This document shows, one piece after another, positions 13,937-28,431 of a DNA stretch of 64,000 nucleotides. Source of the DNA: the human T2T-CHM13v2.0 reference genome, Homo sapiens; assembly GCF_009914755.1 (NCBI RefSeq), contig NC_060929.1. One strand, 5' to 3'. Each line of letters begins with the position of its first letter. Within the stretch, counting starts at the first letter, position 1. Below the pieces are notes generated by a model that worked only from the letters and a program-made list of their open reading frames with translations, ran no database searches and was not told where the DNA came from. A program made the position numbers and the translations under genes.

Positions 13937-14317
13937 TGTTAAATTAAGTTTGACCTAAACCTGCCCCCTTACATATTTTAAGTTTGGCCTAAAGATTTCT
14001 CCATAGATAGTGAACTGAAACCTAACTGGATGTATAAACAGGCTGTAAACGACTTTTGTACAAATCATTGAGTTTCGGCCAATCACATGTGGCCAAGTGT
14101 TCAAACCACGTTCAAACAAGACAAACACCGGGCTGTAACAAGTCCAGCTGTTTCTGTACCTTGCTTCCATTTTCTGTCCACAAATTTTCTTAGACCATGT
14201 GGCAGTGCTGGAGTCTCTCTGAACCTGTTCCGGTTTGGGGGCTGCACAATTCACAAATCGTTCTTTGTTCAATTAAACTCTATCAAATCGAATTTGTCTA
14301 AGGTTTTTCTTTTAACA
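13937..14317 (+). mobile_element. ERV1 solo LTR, MER57A/B-like
   Basis: TGTTAAATTAAGTTT start, CCAAT box, ends tttttcttttaaCA; perfect 4-bp TSD CCTA (13933-13936 and 14318-14321). Confidence 0.92.
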
Positions 14318-14494
14318 CCTAAAAATTGTTTCCAAAGATAAAAAATATTTTTTTCTTCCTCAAATCTCTGGTTCACCAAACTCCTCACAAATTTATATTA
14401 GACAAAATGCTTTGTGCTAGAAAGAAACAGGTTGACACTCAGTGAGACACAGGAAAAGTTAACCAGCCCACTGCCCCTTCCAAGAATGTAAGTG

Positions 14495-14650
14495 GTGAAG
14501 GGGATGGAAGTGGTCTGGCAAATGAAATAAGATTGATCAGATATTGATCAATCAATATTGAAGCTGGAGCATAGGTACATGGGGATTTATAATACTCTTC
14601 TTTCTAATTTACGTAGTTTTGAAATTTTCCATAATTCTAAAAGTTTTAAC
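14495..14650 (+). mobile_element. L1ME 3'-end fragment
   Basis: atgaaataagattg...ttgaagctggagcataggtacatgggg...ttgaaattttccataat. Confidence 0.7.
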
Positions 14651-14874
14651 AAGACAACAAGACATTTAAGGTGAGTGCCAGATGGCCAGTGTGGATGATT
14701 AAATCTAATATGATCAAATTCACAAATGAAGACAAATGTTCATGTTATAAAAGAAACTGTCTTTTCATTGAGGAGGAGTCCTTCTCATTATCAACAGAGT
14801 TTGGCATTAAACAGGAAGTCCTAGAGGTGAGGGATTTTTCTCATGTCAAGTGCTCATTTTGTAAAGCTATTCCA

Positions 14875-15075
14875 CCTGGTGCAGTAGACAATACATGGGC
14901 TTTGGAGTCAGGTTGATGTTGGTTTGAATACTAACTCCGTTGTTTACTGGCTATATAATCTCAGAAGCAATATTTAACTTTCCAAAACTCAGTTTCCTCA
15001 ACTCCAAAACACAGAATTGTGCTGTGAACCAAATGTGTTAAAGTGCTAAGTACAGTGCCTAGAATATAGAGGGTG
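14875..15075 (+). mobile_element. MIR SINE
   Basis: tgggctttggagtcagg...ctcagtttcctca...aaagtgctaagtacagtgcctagaatatag. Confidence 0.8.
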
Positions 15076-15329
15076 TTTACTTTTATCAGCGTTGCATTAA
15101 TATTACCAACATCGTTGAAACAAAGACTATGCATATGGTATAAATTACACGGACGCGTAATCTGTTGTTTTCCTGAGGTATTAGCATTCCCTTCCATGAT
15201 CTCTGATAGTAGTAACATTTATCAGCTTAAGATTTACCAAGAATCTGTATGATTTTAGTGATTTGAGCCATTAAGCTAATTGGGTCATATTGTAGAATTC
15301 TCTCTCTAGATCACATTCACTTTCTTTCA

Positions 15330-17130
15330 GTTGATATGTTCTAATGCCTGGAAGGTCACCTTTGACATCCTAATCACAAAGTTAAAGGCCTTTTCCTGTT
15401 TCTCCTGCTCTTTGATTCTTCTGCAGCCAATGGGCTATTGGCCACTGTTCATTCTTGAAATTACACTATTTTATTGTCTGACATGATGCTGTGTTTTCCT
15501 GGTTCCCTTCCCACCTCTTGACAGCTTGTTTCTTTTTCTTCATTAGCTCCTTCTTTATCTACCTTTTAAAAATGAGAAATTATTTAGTTCAATCCTTGGC
15601 TCTGGCTTTCCTAGGATATACCCTCTCCTCTTATTTCCAACATCTCCTCCATGCAGATGACTCCTGAAACTCCACCCAAAACCTCATTGGCAATCAACAC
15701 AGCAAAGCAATGAACATTTTACTTGATCACTGAACCTTCACCAATACCTCAACATCTCTAGGTATAAGTTTCTCATCTGAGCTCAAAACTGTCTTTCTCT
15801 ACAGATTCCTCCATTATTCCAGTCTTTTAGGACTGAAATCTCAACTTTATATCTTCCCTTTCCTCTATGGAAAGTATCTAAGTAGTGACCACTAGAGTTT
15901 GGATATGGTTCGTTTGTCCCCACCAACCCTCATGATTAAATTTCATTCCCAGTGTAGCAGTGTTAGGAGGTGAGGCATAATGAGAGGTGTTTCAGTCATA
16001 GGGGTGGATCCCTCATGAATAGATTAATGCCTTCCCTGGGGTTGGTGGGGGTTGGGGGTGGTGAATGAGTTTCCACTCTATTAGTTTCCACAAGAATTGG
16101 TTGTTAAAAAGGAGCTGGCACCTCCTCTCTCCCTCTCACTTCCTCTTGCCATGTAATCTTTACAGGAGCTGGCTCCCCTTCACCTTTTGCCATGAGTGGA
16201 AACTTCTGAGATCTTCACCAGAAGACAACCACAGTTTGGTGTCATGCTTCTTGTATAGTCTGCAAAACAATGAGCTAAATAAACTCTTTTCCTTTATAAA
16301 TTACCCAGCCTCAGGTATTCCTCTATAGCAACACAAAATAGACTAAGATAGTGACCAAGCCTTGTTGATTCTTATTTCACAGTGCTGGTTATATTCCTAC
16401 TGACAACAAGCTAAATCGGACTCTTTTACCTTTCCTAGGATTGCTGAAAAGGCCCCTTAATGGTTTCCTCAATTTCAACATCAGTTACCTCCATTCTATA
16501 CCCCACATCTATGTCAAACTACCTCTCCCCAAAACACTGTCAGACCATGCCACTCTGCCAATCAGAAGCCTTCCAGGACTCCTCATTGCTTACTGGACTG
16601 TATCTAAAACCTTCAGCTCAGAGTTCAAGAGCCTCCATAATGGGCCTCAATATACTTTTACTACCTCCCCTTCCCTCAACTTGTCTACATAAAATAACAA
16701 CTCCAGATAAACTTATTTCCTTACTCTCTTCCAAATATACTTTTATCCTTCCATTCATCTTCCTTTTTCTTAGACTACTTTCCCCACCAAAACTGCCTTC
16801 CTAACCTAATCCTAACTCCCAAATGGGACCAAGGTCAGATCTCACTTCTTTAGTAATGATGTTCCTCATTCTCTAAGTTGAACTAATCGCTCCTTTCAAA
16901 AAAGTTTCCACAATTCGTATTCAGATAATACATTTGGTAATTAACCACTTACTGCCTACTGACATCTTTTCCATTATTGCTTGCTACTATTAAGTGCTTT
17001 ATTGTTATTTAAGTTTTCATATTTGTAAATCTTGTCTCTCCAACTTGATTGTTTACCTCTTCTTTTAAAAGGGGCAAGCCTATCCTCTTTGTATCTCACA
17101 AAGCATTTAAGAGTAACTTGTACAATGTAT
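15330..17130 (+). mobile_element. L2 LINE fragments split by MSTC
   Basis: aaggtcacctttgacatcc, atgcagatgactcc, cagaccatgccactctgcc...gactcctcattgc are L2-typical. Confidence 0.65.
15890..16350 (+). mobile_element. MaLR solo LTR, MSTC/MSTB1-like
   Basis: gtttggatatggttcgtttgtccccacc start, ends aaattacccagcctcaggtattcc...gactaagata; perfect 5-bp TSD GTGAC (15885-15889 and 16351-16355). Confidence 0.92.
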
Positions 17131-17317
17131 TAACTTTTTGTCCAAATAATTTTAGAAATGTTTACCTCCAATAGTTAGGAACTATTCACATCGCTTTGTA
17201 TTCTTTCAGTTAATATGTCTTCATGATGGTCCTCAGAGCTTTGAGAAAGCATGCATCTCCAAAATGTGTGTGTATTCTGTCATGGTTTGTATGCTGGATC
17301 CTTTCTCCTGGCTTCAC

Positions 17318-17361
17318 GGCAGATTTGGCCTTTAACTATATGGCAGATTTGGCCTTTAACT
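17318..17361. repeat. Tandem duplication, period 24
   Basis: ggcagatttggcctttaact occurs at 17318 and 17342. Confidence 0.9.
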
Positions 17362-18015
17362 CTACCATTAAACCAACTGAGTATGATTTCTAAACATAGA
17401 GAATAGACAGCTAGATTAGTTATGCTGTAGTAATGTGAAATAAGAATTTTCTTCCCCCTACCCCACACAGATCTTACTCAATAAAATTGTTTTTAAAAAT
17501 GTGGGCTTGATTACTCACTGTTATTTTCATCTAGTATTATTTTAAATATTCAAGTGTTTTGAAAATAAATGAATGTGATATGTTCATTGACCTATTTGTA
17601 AGAAGCTAGATATCCGCAAATTGTGAAATACAGTCAACTAGCAATTATCCTCATACAGATCCAGGCTTTACCTTATGACTAGTGATCTGTGGTCTGTTGC
17701 CAACCAGCTCTCTTCTTCCTCCAGCTCACACCCAACCTACTTTACCCAACCACACTGAAAATAAATGTTCACTTGGTCCAACATACTAACATCAATCTAA
17801 CACAGGTTGAAAAATAAGTATCTTATATGCCAATCTCCGTTGATTTGTACCAGCTGCCTGGATTGCAGTGATGCAAAGAATTCTAAAGCTATATCCAGAT
17901 TCATCAGGAAAGGCCTATTAGTGAGTCTGCTATGAGCACAAGACAAGATGTGTTGGCACTTGAACCATGAATTTGCAATCTCCAGCCAAAGCAAAACTTA
18001 CAATGTGGAGTTTCT

Positions 18016-18657
18016 TGTAGGGACCAAAGTGAAACTACCCCTTTGCCCTCTGAGGTTTTGCTGAAAACTCAGCTGACAAAAAGGTTAATAGGAGAAAAGG
18101 CACACAAAATTTTATTGTAATGTGCATAGCACAGGGGATCACAGGAGAATGATAGAAGTGATATGCCCTTTTCCATAGGGGAGGAAGGAGATGGGAAGTG
18201 TAGACATTTCTTTTAAGGAGCAGTAAGTCATTAGGGAAAAATAATGCACCTGGGAGGTGGGAGGCAGACATTATGGGAAGGTGAGGGGTGGAACTGCACA
18301 GGAACAAAGGTCATCTTATTATGCAAATTGAGTCCCACAGGTAATCTCTTGGAGCTGCTCTCAGGAGAATAGATGAAAAGTCTGTCTGGGCAGGGTGAAG
18401 ATTCCCAGTCTCTTCTCTTCTCAGGTGATTAATCTTTCCTGGTTATTTGATGAGGTCCCTAAGGAAAGCATTTAAGATAATTGCATTTATTTTGGAAAGG
18501 AGCTTTCTTGGTCACATAAAGAAATTCCAGGAAGAGTCCTTCCTTGTGCTTAAGAGACAAGACAAAGGTAGAGGAACCTTCATTCTTAGGCAGCTTCTAG
18601 GGCTCCTCAGCACATCACAGCAACAGTCTTTGGGGCATCACTTTCTGGGCCCCAACA
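18016..18657 (-). mobile_element. ERV1 solo LTR, MER39/MER34-like
   Basis: Reverse strand begins TGTTGGGGCCCAGAAAGTGATGCCCCAAAG and ends ccctaCA; perfect 4-bp TSD TTCT. Confidence 0.85.
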
Positions 18658-18804
18658 TTCTCAAAGGCAAAGATTCTGTTTTATTCATCTCTACACATCT
18701 TCCTCTCTTCCCCTTTTACTAAGTCATGGCAGATATAGCCTGCTATGAAGTTGGCACCATTAGAGAAGGTATGGTTGCTTAGCTGTATCTGTGCCTAAAG
18801 TGAA

Positions 18805-19321
18805 CATGTGTACTCTTAGTCACACCCAGTTTCTACTTCCACTTCTTGTGGAAACAGTCCCCATCTTCATTTAGAAATCCATTCATCTCCTATTTTCAGT
18901 CTACATGGTTCCAGGGAGATGACCATAACACAAGCTCATTGTGACATGTGATTCAGACCACCCAACATGATTATTACATTTTTCAATAACTGGCTTAGAA
19001 AGGACATTTAACCCAACAGGGACAATGAGATACCTTAGAGTTTTCTTCTGAGGTGTTTGTGAGGGAAAGAGTCACTCTTATTGCTTGCTGGATTTGAAAC
19101 TAAGAACTATCTTGCTGTCACATGGAGTTGACACTTTTAAGCTTACAAAAAAAAAATGACCAAGTCAAAATATGATGATAATAACAGTTGTGATTAACTA
19201 ACCTAAGCCCCCAAATCTATCATTCTGAAGCCCTGAATACCTTTCGTTAATACATTCCCTTTTCTGCTTAAGCCTTTTTGAGTTTCCTGTCACTTATTAC
19301 TGACACAGACTCCCTGAGACA
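18805..19321 (+). mobile_element. Old MaLR LTR, MLT1K/L-like
   Basis: 3' end taatacattccctttt ctgcttaagcc...tttcctgtcactt typical of MLT1; start approximate. Confidence 0.6.
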
Positions 19322-20565
19322 AAGCTTTATAAGGACCTTCTTTGACTCCTATCAACTGCAAAAACAATATCTAATAAAAAACATAAGAAATGGCTGTGTG
19401 GGTGATATTTATGCTGGTGTTAGGAAAGCTCATACCCCGGCAGTAGAAAACATAGCAATTCAAAAGCACATGTTCTGGGAAGTGACTGCTAGCTGGGTCT
19501 GTTTTTTGCTTTACATCATTGCTCTCTTCTGTGAGTACTAATAATTGAGACTAGGTCATATACTTTATAAGTGCTTCAACAGCAGTGCAATTGGTCCAGG
19601 AAGGGAAGTTTGGCAGCTGAGTCACCTGTCAGGATAGTGTGTTGCAGGAAATCTCCAAATCAAGGAGAGACGCCTTCCCAAGGAGAGGTGGAGCTGGACC
19701 GGGCAGCTGTGGGAAAAGTTGGTTTCTAGCCACAGGCTTTTTCTGTAGGTAAATCAAACCAGCCTAGTTTTCCAATCTAGGCACAGAGCAGGCACTCCAG
19801 TCTCAGACACTTTGATCCTTTCCATAGAGGACAAAGAGGTAATGGGGAGAGGCCATAGCCTACTCATTCAAGAAGGTAGTTCTCAGGATGAAAGTTCATC
19901 ACAAATGTCTGTCCTCTCTGGATTTTGGCAGCTTTGTTGCCTGACTTGAATAATGGATCGTGTCAGAACGTTACCTAGAGGAATATGCCCACTGCTTAGC
20001 GAGTATCTTTGACATTATTGACCTTGAGTAACTTGAGGAAACAGTAGAGTCTATGATTTGCTTCATCTGAGGTTGATATTTTTTCCAACTACAAATAGTA
20101 GCTTCCCGCTTCCCCAAGATCAGACTCAGAGGGTGCCTTAAACGTCAATGCTGAACTACTCATTTCAGCTCCAGGAAAATAAGTCTGTTGTGTCTCAAAA
20201 GAATTGTTCTCTGAGGCAAAACAATCTTTTGCTGCAACGCCCCCACAAAAGCCTGCATGAAAGGGTCACACAAGTATGTACAAAGGAAAGATCAGTGAAG
20301 ATTTCCTTTCTTCTCTCTCCGTTTTTTTTCCTTTTAGCGCTGAGCTATGAACATGCTTAAAAGTCCGAGTGATGAGATCAATTCTGAATGGTCCTTGTTC
20401 TTCAGGATAAGTTCAAAGGTATCAAAAGTCAGCCTTTAAGGCTGAAGGAAAAATGCTTTCTACTTTGCCGCCAAAAGAGTTTGAAGTCTGGGGGCTTCAT
20501 AGAAATTCCAAGGTGAGAACCAGAAGGGAAGTCATAGACTGTTCCCTGACATTGGAGGATATGGC

Positions 20566-20593
20566 TTTTTTTTTTTTTTTTTTTTTTTTTTTT
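20566..20593. repeat. Poly(T) tract
   Basis: About 28 consecutive T. Confidence 0.9.
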
Positions 20594-21621
20594 GTAGGGA
20601 AATCAAATCCACACAGCTGTGCCTTTGGAACAATTAGACACACCTAGAAGATCACACCAGGATGTTAAGAAAATGAGACAAACAGTGAGCATTCTGACAT
20701 CATATACACTGATTGGCTTTTTAAACTCTGGGGCCTTTTCACACAGATTTTACCCAGATAAAAATGCAAGCATCTGAACCATATGCTTAAGTGTTTTCTC
20801 TGTACCGCTGGCTGGAGCAGCTGGCAAAACATGATCTAGGACTGCTAAAACTGTTCTGACAAAAGCACTTTAGTGGGGTCTGCAGGACAGGGTCTGAAAG
20901 ATGTCAGAATTTTTAAAAGGTACTAATTGCTCAAAGGATGAAGCAATCCCTCTGAAAACTAACCCAGCATTTTAATAGAACCCAGAACAATACTGAGAAT
21001 CTCAGAGGGAAAATCTGCTTGTTTTCTAACTCCTGCTGATAAAGAGGAAAAGCATAACCACTAAGCACAGGGCAATGTGGAAGAATGTATTGGCTTTTCA
21101 GGCACCTATGAATCCTTCAAGAACTGTACCCAAAACTTTAGCAATTGAGCAAGAAACAAAAGAGCAGAAGCCTATTACCAAATCACTGTTGGAAATAAGG
21201 CTATTTGGCCTCTGCAAACCTCTGATGTCTGTCAGTTCAATCCTTCCAACAGCTCTTGCAGAGGTCCGCCAGGAAGACAGTGAGGGGACTGTGGCCAAGG
21301 GATGTGGAAGAATGTCCTGTCCTCAACAGGCAGGCCCATTAACCCTCCAGGGAGAGCTCAAAACCCACAACAGATCTCTGACCCAGTTATTTGCCTCATG
21401 CAATCAATGACTGTCTAATAGGAATTTATCAAACCTATGAAATCTTACATTACTAGGCAGTGAAACCAAGTAAGGACTAAAAAAACCGGATGCCATCTGA
21501 ATCAATCAGGACTTGGGGACATGGGTCCCTATCGTGATGTTTTACACAGCCACAGTGCCTCTCTACATCAGAGGAGCTCACAGATTCTGGGCTTCTGATA
21601 ATCATTTCTCAATCCTGTGAA

Positions 21622-22614
<993 letters not shown>

Positions 22615-23599
22615 CCTATTTTATCAACAGAACTAGGAACTTGAAGATGAATAAATAACTCAATATCTAACATACACAAATACATCACAGTAGAATCCTT
22701 GGCTCTTGATCCCCATTGCCAATGGCATTTTCAATAAGAACAGAGGAACTAAATTAAGCAAAGAAAGATGGTTCCAGTATAGCCATTCTATTCTCCAAAT
22801 GAGCAATTAATATGTTACTGCTGGCTGAAAGAATATGATATAAACAGATAACAACATAAAACACATCCCAGGTTAGTCAGTATACACACAAAACACATTA
22901 GTCTCTGATGATACATCCAGGAATTAATTGAGTATAAAATATTGTGTAGAAATGAGGACACTCTCATGGCAATGAAGAATAATAATGGTTTTACAAAATA
23001 CAGCAGTGAGCCCAGCATCCCATTACCCTCCCCTCAGTCCCCTTCCTCTCTGCCTTTTCCTTCCGCCTGAGACAGCAATGCACAACTGAGGGAGTTGCCC
23101 GAGATGGCTAAACGGAGGGCATGACTTCTGCAGATGAATCAGCAGATGTGTGGCCTACTGCTCCCTCAGAACTCAATCAGAACTCAGGAGCGAGTCGCTC
23201 TAAGATGGTAATAGCCTCATTACTGAGGTTATAAAGGCAGCAACATGTCTTCTCTGAAAGATAAAACAGTATTATCCACATTTCATTTGGTAAATTAAAT
23301 CCCTTTGAGCTTATTTACCATCTTGAAGATAGTGCTAGTCTCTGTGAGCAGAAGTTTCAAAGTGAGATTATGCTAATAACTCATCCTTGTGTCTCATTGG
23401 CTTAGCACACAGGGATGACTAGTGACATGGTATCTGCACAGAGGATGCTCTCCCCTGTCTCCAGAATATGCTGGCATTCAGCCTTCTGCTTGGCTGGAAT
23501 TTTTAGTTTTGGGGTCTTTTGATGTTTGTTTAGGGAGGGAGGGAATATTATTATTACCTTGACGCTACATACCTTGGAGGTTTTAGAACTTCTGGCACA

Positions 23600-23800
23600 T
23601 CTATCATTTATTGAGCACCTACTACATACCAGACCCTGTGCTTAGTTCATGCACATGCATTATCTCAACAATTGTCTCTTGAGATGGATATCATATCTCT
23701 CCATTATGCAAACTGATATGTCAAGAAGTTAAATTTCTTAGCCTAGCTAAAAGAAATAGTAATGATTTTAAAATTGGAAGCTAAATATACATCTATTGAC
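23600..23800 (-). mobile_element. MIR SINE
   Basis: catttattgagcacctactacataccagaccctgtgct...cattatctca. Confidence 0.75.
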
Positions 23801-26424
23801 TATCTCAGAGCCCCCTCCCCAGGACTGTAGCTTTGCCCAACCATCAGAACCAGGAAGAAGCTGACACTGTGTCTGTGAACTGTAGCCACACAAACATGTG
23901 TGCAATATTCCTACCTACACAAAATGTGAATGTGTCAGCATTTGCCCAACTTCTTAATAAGGTACCTGCCATTCTTCCCAGTCACTGGGAGCCCAAGGAC
24001 AGCAGGAGCATTTATTTCTTCCTCTGCATGTGAAAATCTACAACTCAACCTCAGTGCATAACCCACGGCTAGTAAAGTGGTCAAAAGAAGTACCTGGAGC
24101 CTACCAAATAAGAAACATGCAAATGGTATGTGAACCATCCAGTGTTACCAGCTCTCTGGTCAACCCAGTGCTGACTTTCCTACTTGGCCTCTTGGGAAAG
24201 AGATAATGATCAAAGTAAACAATTTTACCACACCTTAGAAAGTTCTAGGTATGAGATAGTTAAATTCAGGGAGAATACAATCATAAATTAATACACTTTT
24301 TTGATTATGAACATATATGGTCTGGTTAATGCAGAGAATTAGAATATGAAAAGAACCATATTGAAGAATATTAGTCCTCAACGTGAAGACAAGCTGATCT
24401 CATCACCACCTCTGGTCACCTATATTTCTCTTATTGCAGCTAATCAATATGGCCCACTATAGTGGGAATAATTACGATTACATAACTATGTATCTGAAAT
24501 TTTGCCAGGTTAGAATCTGCTCAGCCTTTCCCCAAATCCATATCTCCCAATTTTGCGAGGCATGTGGTCCACAAGAAATCACTGCTCTTCCAAGAATTGG
24601 TATAGAGACAGTCAAAGGTCACCAAGGGTCACCAAGTCATAGGGCAGTTCTCAAACTTTTCCACCAAAATCTCTCAAGGGCAGAGGGAGCCAATACATCA
24701 CTTGAAGGGTGAGCCCAAATGCCTTCAACAAGTGAATGGCTTCTTCAAAGTCTCATGCTTGTGATAATCTTTCATTTTTGCCCATAAGTCCACATATTTC
24801 AATATAAAAATAATCGTTTTTATTACTTATGTACTTAGAGTTGAAGCTTTAAGAATGCCTCCATGAATCTAGTATTTCAAGTGCCACCTTACATTCTGAG
24901 GGTAGAAATATGGAATCTAATGTCCTCAGTTCTTAAAAATCAGAGCAAAGGGTAGGAGAGAGAGAAAATGGATGAAAAGAAGCCGTCTGGTCAACTGAAT
25001 GACAGAGCTAAATTTATTGCAAATTGATAATAAGAACAAACCCTAGCCTGCTCTATTTTAAAGAAGACTGTGCAAATGTGTGTGCATTGTCTCCCAGTTA
25101 CACGGGCAGTATAAGCACCATTTCACAGCAAGGATCACTTGTAACAGAGCTACTGAATGGCTCATTTCCCTGCAACCAGGGGGCTGACTCATGGGAATGT
25201 TTCTGCACTGACCCAGCCTGGAAATCCCCACAGAACCTTCCCTGTCTCTCGTTCCCTCCTCAGCAGTGAGGTGGGGAGATGAGCCTCCTCCCAGGGTTCT
25301 CAGGCACCATGTCTCAGCTGCCCTTAGCTTGACAGGCCAGTCTTCCCCGTGATTGGAGTCTTCATAGGGAATGGGCCCCAGAGTGTAGTAGAAGTGGCTG
25401 CCATGGTGAGGTCCTGTTACACACGCTTCAGGCTGTTGCCACCAGGCCTTATCTGGCCATCTGTGCATATCTGTGAGGACAGTTGCCATGGCACCAGCCT
25501 GTGGGCAGTGAGAGAGGTGCTGGAAGGGAATTCAGAGCCTGAATAACCCTGGGGTGAGTAACAGAAAGCGAGGAGGCAGTGCAGGGAGGGGTAAGGAAGG
25601 TGCTAGAAGTTCTGTGAGATTATGTCAGAGATAGTGCTGCTCCTTAAAGCTCCCTCAGAAAGAGCCACAAGTCTCCTTCCCTCACCAGACCTCCTTGGGC
25701 CATCATGGCTGCCTTGGGCTCTCACCTGGGGCCACATGTTTACCCTTGTCTGGCACAAGGGCATTTGCCATGGCCTCCAAGCCTGTCTTCCCCTCTGGCC
25801 TCACCACTATACCACCCACCACATCTTCTCCTTTCTGCTTTCAAAACCTACTCTAGGAATATTCTCTAGAGATCCTGGAATATTCCCTGACACCCTCACG
25901 ATTGCTCTCATTTCCATACAAGGATAAAATAGATGTGTGTACATGTGTGTAAGGTGTTTTAGTTGTGAGCAGCAAGCCAGACCTGGAAAGAAAAAAATCA
26001 AAACAGAGTAAAACAGTGAATCTAGAAAGAATTAAGTGAAAAACAATTTCTATGATTTTCAAGTAAAGGAGGAGAGCATCTGCATGGGAGGGGAACCTCT
26101 GTTCCCTCCAGAATACTGGGGTATGGAAGGTTGCAATATCTTCTGATATGAGGACAAAAATCCAAAAAAAGGAAAGAGAGGCAACAGAAAAAGGAACAGA
26201 GAAAAAAGGAAAAAGGAGACTAACTCAAGAGCAGGGGAAAGCAAGGTCACTTCATAGTCAGAGAGAAAATATTTTGAGTGATTTTGGAACAAAAATACCT
26301 TCAGACTTTGCCCACAACAGAATCTGAAGTGCGAGTTGAGTATAGAAGAAACAATTGGGTTTTGAATGTTCTCCTCTGTGAGCTGGGCAGAGGAACTGGA
26401 ACTCGGAGCCCAGGATGGCGATAA

Positions 26425-26675
26425 TGACTGATATTTATATGGTGCATACTATATGTAGGCACTCTTCTGAGCGCATCCCATGTTTTAATCCCCTTAATGT
26501 TCACAGCAACTCTCTGATAAGGCAATATCACTCTCCCCAACTATAGTTGTGAAACCTGGGCCCAGAGAGGGCAAACAGCTTGCCCAAGGTCGCACAGCTA
26601 GTAAGTGGGGCACCCAAGATTTGAACACAGGTGGTCTGACCCTGAACCCAGCCCTCTTTACCACTACCCACTAGT
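26425..26675 (-). mobile_element. MIR SINE (near full length)
   Basis: gaaacctgggcccagagaggg...cttgcccaaggtcgcacagctagtaagtgg...gatttgaacacagg. Confidence 0.88.
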
Positions 26676-27031
26676 GTGTGTTCATAGTTACTCTCAGTAA
26701 TAGTTTCCCAAAAGCAAAGTTACAAGTTTAAAAAAAGAAAGAAATGGGTGGAGACAAATTTCAAGCAGGTTTTAGGAAAGCAACCTCTAAGTGTGAGAGG
26801 GCTGGATAATTAATGATGCTCCACCATGCGCAAGAATGAGCAGGAGTCTCAGAGAAATCCCTGGCTTAGAACCTCTGACTTTCCTTTGTTCTTCAGTTGG
26901 TTCTGAGCATTGAGTAGGTGGAGGAAAGGTCTCCTAAGGATATCATTATCTCATAGCCCCACTGCTGCTTAAAAAGCCTCAGCCTTGAGTTTCTAAGTGT
27001 CCTTCAGTCTTTTTTAAAGACTTAAACTAGA

Positions 27032-27332
27032 GCCAGATGTGATAGCATGTGCCTGTAATCCCAGCTATTCAGGAGGCTGAGGCAGGAGGATCGCTTGAGC
27101 CCTAGAGTTCTGGGCTGTAGTGCACTATGTGGATCGGCTGTCCGCACTCAGTTTGGCATCAATATGGTGACCTCCTGGGAGCAAGGGACCACCAGGTTGC
27201 CTAAAGATGGGTGAACTGGTCACGGTCGAAAATGGAGCAGGTCAAAACTTCTATGCTGATCAGTAACAGGATTGTGCCTATGAATAACCACTGCACTCAA
27301 GCCTGGGCAACATAGCGAGACTCTGGTCTCTT
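27032..27332 (+). pseudogene. Processed 7SL (SRP RNA) pseudogene, full length (RN7SL-P type)
   Basis: Alu-like ends enclose the 7SL S domain (gagttctgggctgtagtgcactatg...ggcatcaatatggtgacctcc...accaccaggttgcctaa...ggagcaggtcaaaact); short A tail; degenerate TSD aaagacttaaactagag/aaacactcaaactggag. Confidence 0.95.
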
Positions 27333-28431
27333 AATAAAACAAAACACTCAAACTGGAGCTGAAGACAAAAAAAAAAAAAAAAACCCACTCTATTGTAACT
27401 ACTTAAAGAGTTGTTGACTAGGGATAAAGCACTCAAGTAGAACAATATCAGGAATCATCCAGACACAAAATACACTGGGGTATTTTTCTTGGCCTTTCTG
27501 ATATCACACCCTCTATGTATATTTTTTTCTTCCCCCTGGCCTTGAGGAGAAATTGCTGGGAGAAAGTTGCCACCAGAATCTCTGGCCAAAGATCTATCTT
27601 TTTTCTATTCCACAGTAGTCTAGGGGTATAGCATTTGGCATCCTCAGCTTTTCATCATCTTTGAGGGGCCTTAGAAGCTACTGTGTACTTAGATTACTTA
27701 TTAAGTGTCTACAGCAGTTCTACAGATGTAAGTTCCTTGCTGGAAAAATTTTTTTTTTCCTTAAACTGAACAAAGCCTGTTGGTGTAAATGAAACCTCAG
27801 AAAAAAAAAAAGAAAACACTCTTGTTCATTGTTATAGCTTTGCCTTTCTAGATGCTGCCACATGACCAAGTCGGACAGGTGGGAACCACTAACCATCTAC
27901 CTAAGAGAGGAGTGATAGGTACTTCGGCCTCAGGTTTCAAACCTTGGATTTCAGAGTTTCTGTAAATGGAGAGAGGCATTGTTTCTGATAAGTGTCTCTG
28001 ATAAAGCCACTTGGGAGGAAATAAAATCTTGTTACATGACTGGCTTTCCTTTTTACTTTTGCTTTTTCCTTACTTTTGGTAGCACTGATTCCGGGGGGAA
28101 CGTGCTGTTTTCATTGGGTGTTTATGAAGAAATATTTTGTATTGTAAACTCAATTCAGTGAGGAGTGGTTCTCAACTGTGACGTCAGGACTCACTGATGA
28201 GTCTCAGTAAGTCATAGGGAGTGTCACAAATAAGTTGTTACTCATGATAGAATACCAAGGTGTCAGAATGAGTTCCATTACAAAAGACAAACTAGAGCTG
28301 ACTCAATATTCTCACCATTTCAAAGTCATTCATAAACTCATGTATTCCAGTGTGTTTTCTTAAATGACAGAAAAAGAGACAGAATTACACCCAGTGAGTG
28401 GAATGACATACCTTCAAAATCCAACCACGGG

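Noticed and set aside
25058-25489. 143-aa minus-strand ORF
   Set aside because: Locally GC-richer sequence lowers stop frequency; no homology recognised and no convincing splice boundaries.
27032-27332. Functional 7SL gene
   Set aside because: Heavy CpG decay, TSD and A tail, and an altered S domain indicate a processed pseudogene.
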